IMG/VR virus record: IMGVR_UViG_3300005844_000023
Location: 1,507-65,506 of that record
Source of the DNA: a virus
Lineage: Duplodnaviria; Caudoviricetes
Reading direction: 5' to 3' (one strand)
DNA length: 64,000 nt
Below, piece after piece: positions 63,477 through 64,000 of the stretch. Position numbers and translations under genes: made by a program. The notes under the pieces are model-generated. The model was not told the origin of the DNA and made no database searches. It saw only the letters and a program-made list of their open reading frames with translations. The stretch's first letter is position 1, and each line of letters begins with the position of its first letter.

Positions 63477-63597
63477 GCCACCGATCCTTGATCCGGCGCA
63501 TCGGCACGTCGTCCTTCCAGAACGAAGTCGGGTGAAAAAAGCCGAACACGACCAGCGCCAGCACCGCGATGTAGGGCAGCAAGATCAGGAAACTCAT
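63466..63597 (-). CDS. Small membrane protein (MSFLILLPYIAVLALVVFGFFHPTSFW...)
   Basis: Read manually; GGAG RBS. Confidence 0.55.
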   Translation of the reverse strand: MSFLILLPYIAVLALVVFGFFHPTSFWKDDVPMRRIKDRWRDR

Positions 63598-63812
63598 TTC
63601 TGCTCTCCCTTGCATGGCGCTTGAGCAAACTTGAACCCTCTCGGAGTACTAGCAGCGGCGGCGAAATATGCGGGCCAAAAAACAACCGCCGTGGCCATCT
63701 TGTCGAGGTTGATGTCGGGAATGTCATTGGGACACTGTACGGCTGAACCTCCTATCGCTACGCCAGCCACCCAGCAACCATACAAAAAGTAAATGACGAG
63801 GAATGCCCTCAA
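63594..63812 (-). CDS. Small membrane/secreted protein
   Basis: TTG start overlapping the upstream stop; hydrophobic. Confidence 0.45.
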   Translation of the reverse strand: MRAFLVIYFLYGCWVAGVAIGGSAVQCPNDIPDINLDKMATAVVFWPAYFAAAASTPRGFKFAQAPCKGEQK

Positions 63813-64000
63813 TCGCGCCTCCAGATGCAGCTTGGCCCCGAGCGGATGCCGCGATCGCCGGAAATTTCGGTGCGATGAATCAGTCGCAAGCCCGCGCGTT
63901 GCATGTCCTTGTCGACCTGCGCGCAGTCGACGTCGTCGCCGCGCCATGCGAAATACTTGATGGTCTTGCGGCCTAGATGCGTCATGAATTCGGACAACTG
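63809..64000 (-). CDS. C-terminal fragment of a gene beginning outside the window
   Basis: Open frame to the window edge. Confidence 0.5.
   Translation of the reverse strand, partial: QLSEFMTHLGRKTIKYFAWRGDDVDCAQVDKDMQRAGLRLIHRTEISGDRGIRSGPSCIWRRD

Noticed and set aside
1-64000. Alternative genetic code, tRNAs, integrase, diversity-generating retroelement
   Set aside because: Core genes are intact with TAA/TAG/TGA stops; I saw no cloverleaf, recombinase or reverse transcriptase motifs (by eye only).

Overview
The window is most of a high-GC tailed dsDNA phage genome, siphovirus-like: it has a tape measure protein and tail tube but no sheath. The host is probably an alphaproteobacterium, inferred from GcrA-like, DUF3489-like and alphaproteobacterial lysozyme-like genes. 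Layout: (i) 1-5740, minus strand: NusG/RfaH paralog, TerS, TerL, portal and small ORFs. (ii) 6597-15503, plus strand: a presumed early array of about 20 mostly small ORFs plus an AAA+ ATPase module. Most of these genes are preceded by a copy of a roughly 65-nt structured repeat (12 good copies, 2 degenerate) with compensatory base changes, ending in the extended ribosome-binding motif GGAGACTGAC. (iii) 15528-23676, minus strand: ABC-ATPase/GNAT fusion, ParB-like protein, primase-like protein, SF2 helicase, GcrA-like protein, MT-A70 methyltransferase and RusA. (iv) 23753-31289, plus strand: HNH, RecE-like, RecT-like and small coiled-coil ORFs. (v) 31291-64000, minus strand: lysis, tail, head-tail, capsid and scaffold genes, interleaved with a large putative glycan-modification cluster (Maf/DUF115-like proteins, GT-A-like protein, three tandem paralogs, methyltransferases, TPP-dependent E1 alpha/beta pair). 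I saw no integrase, DNA polymerase, tRNA or CRISPR array. The strongest novelty candidates are the structured-repeat gene array and the virion-glycosylation cluster. All family assignments come from motif recognition by eye; no database searches were run.
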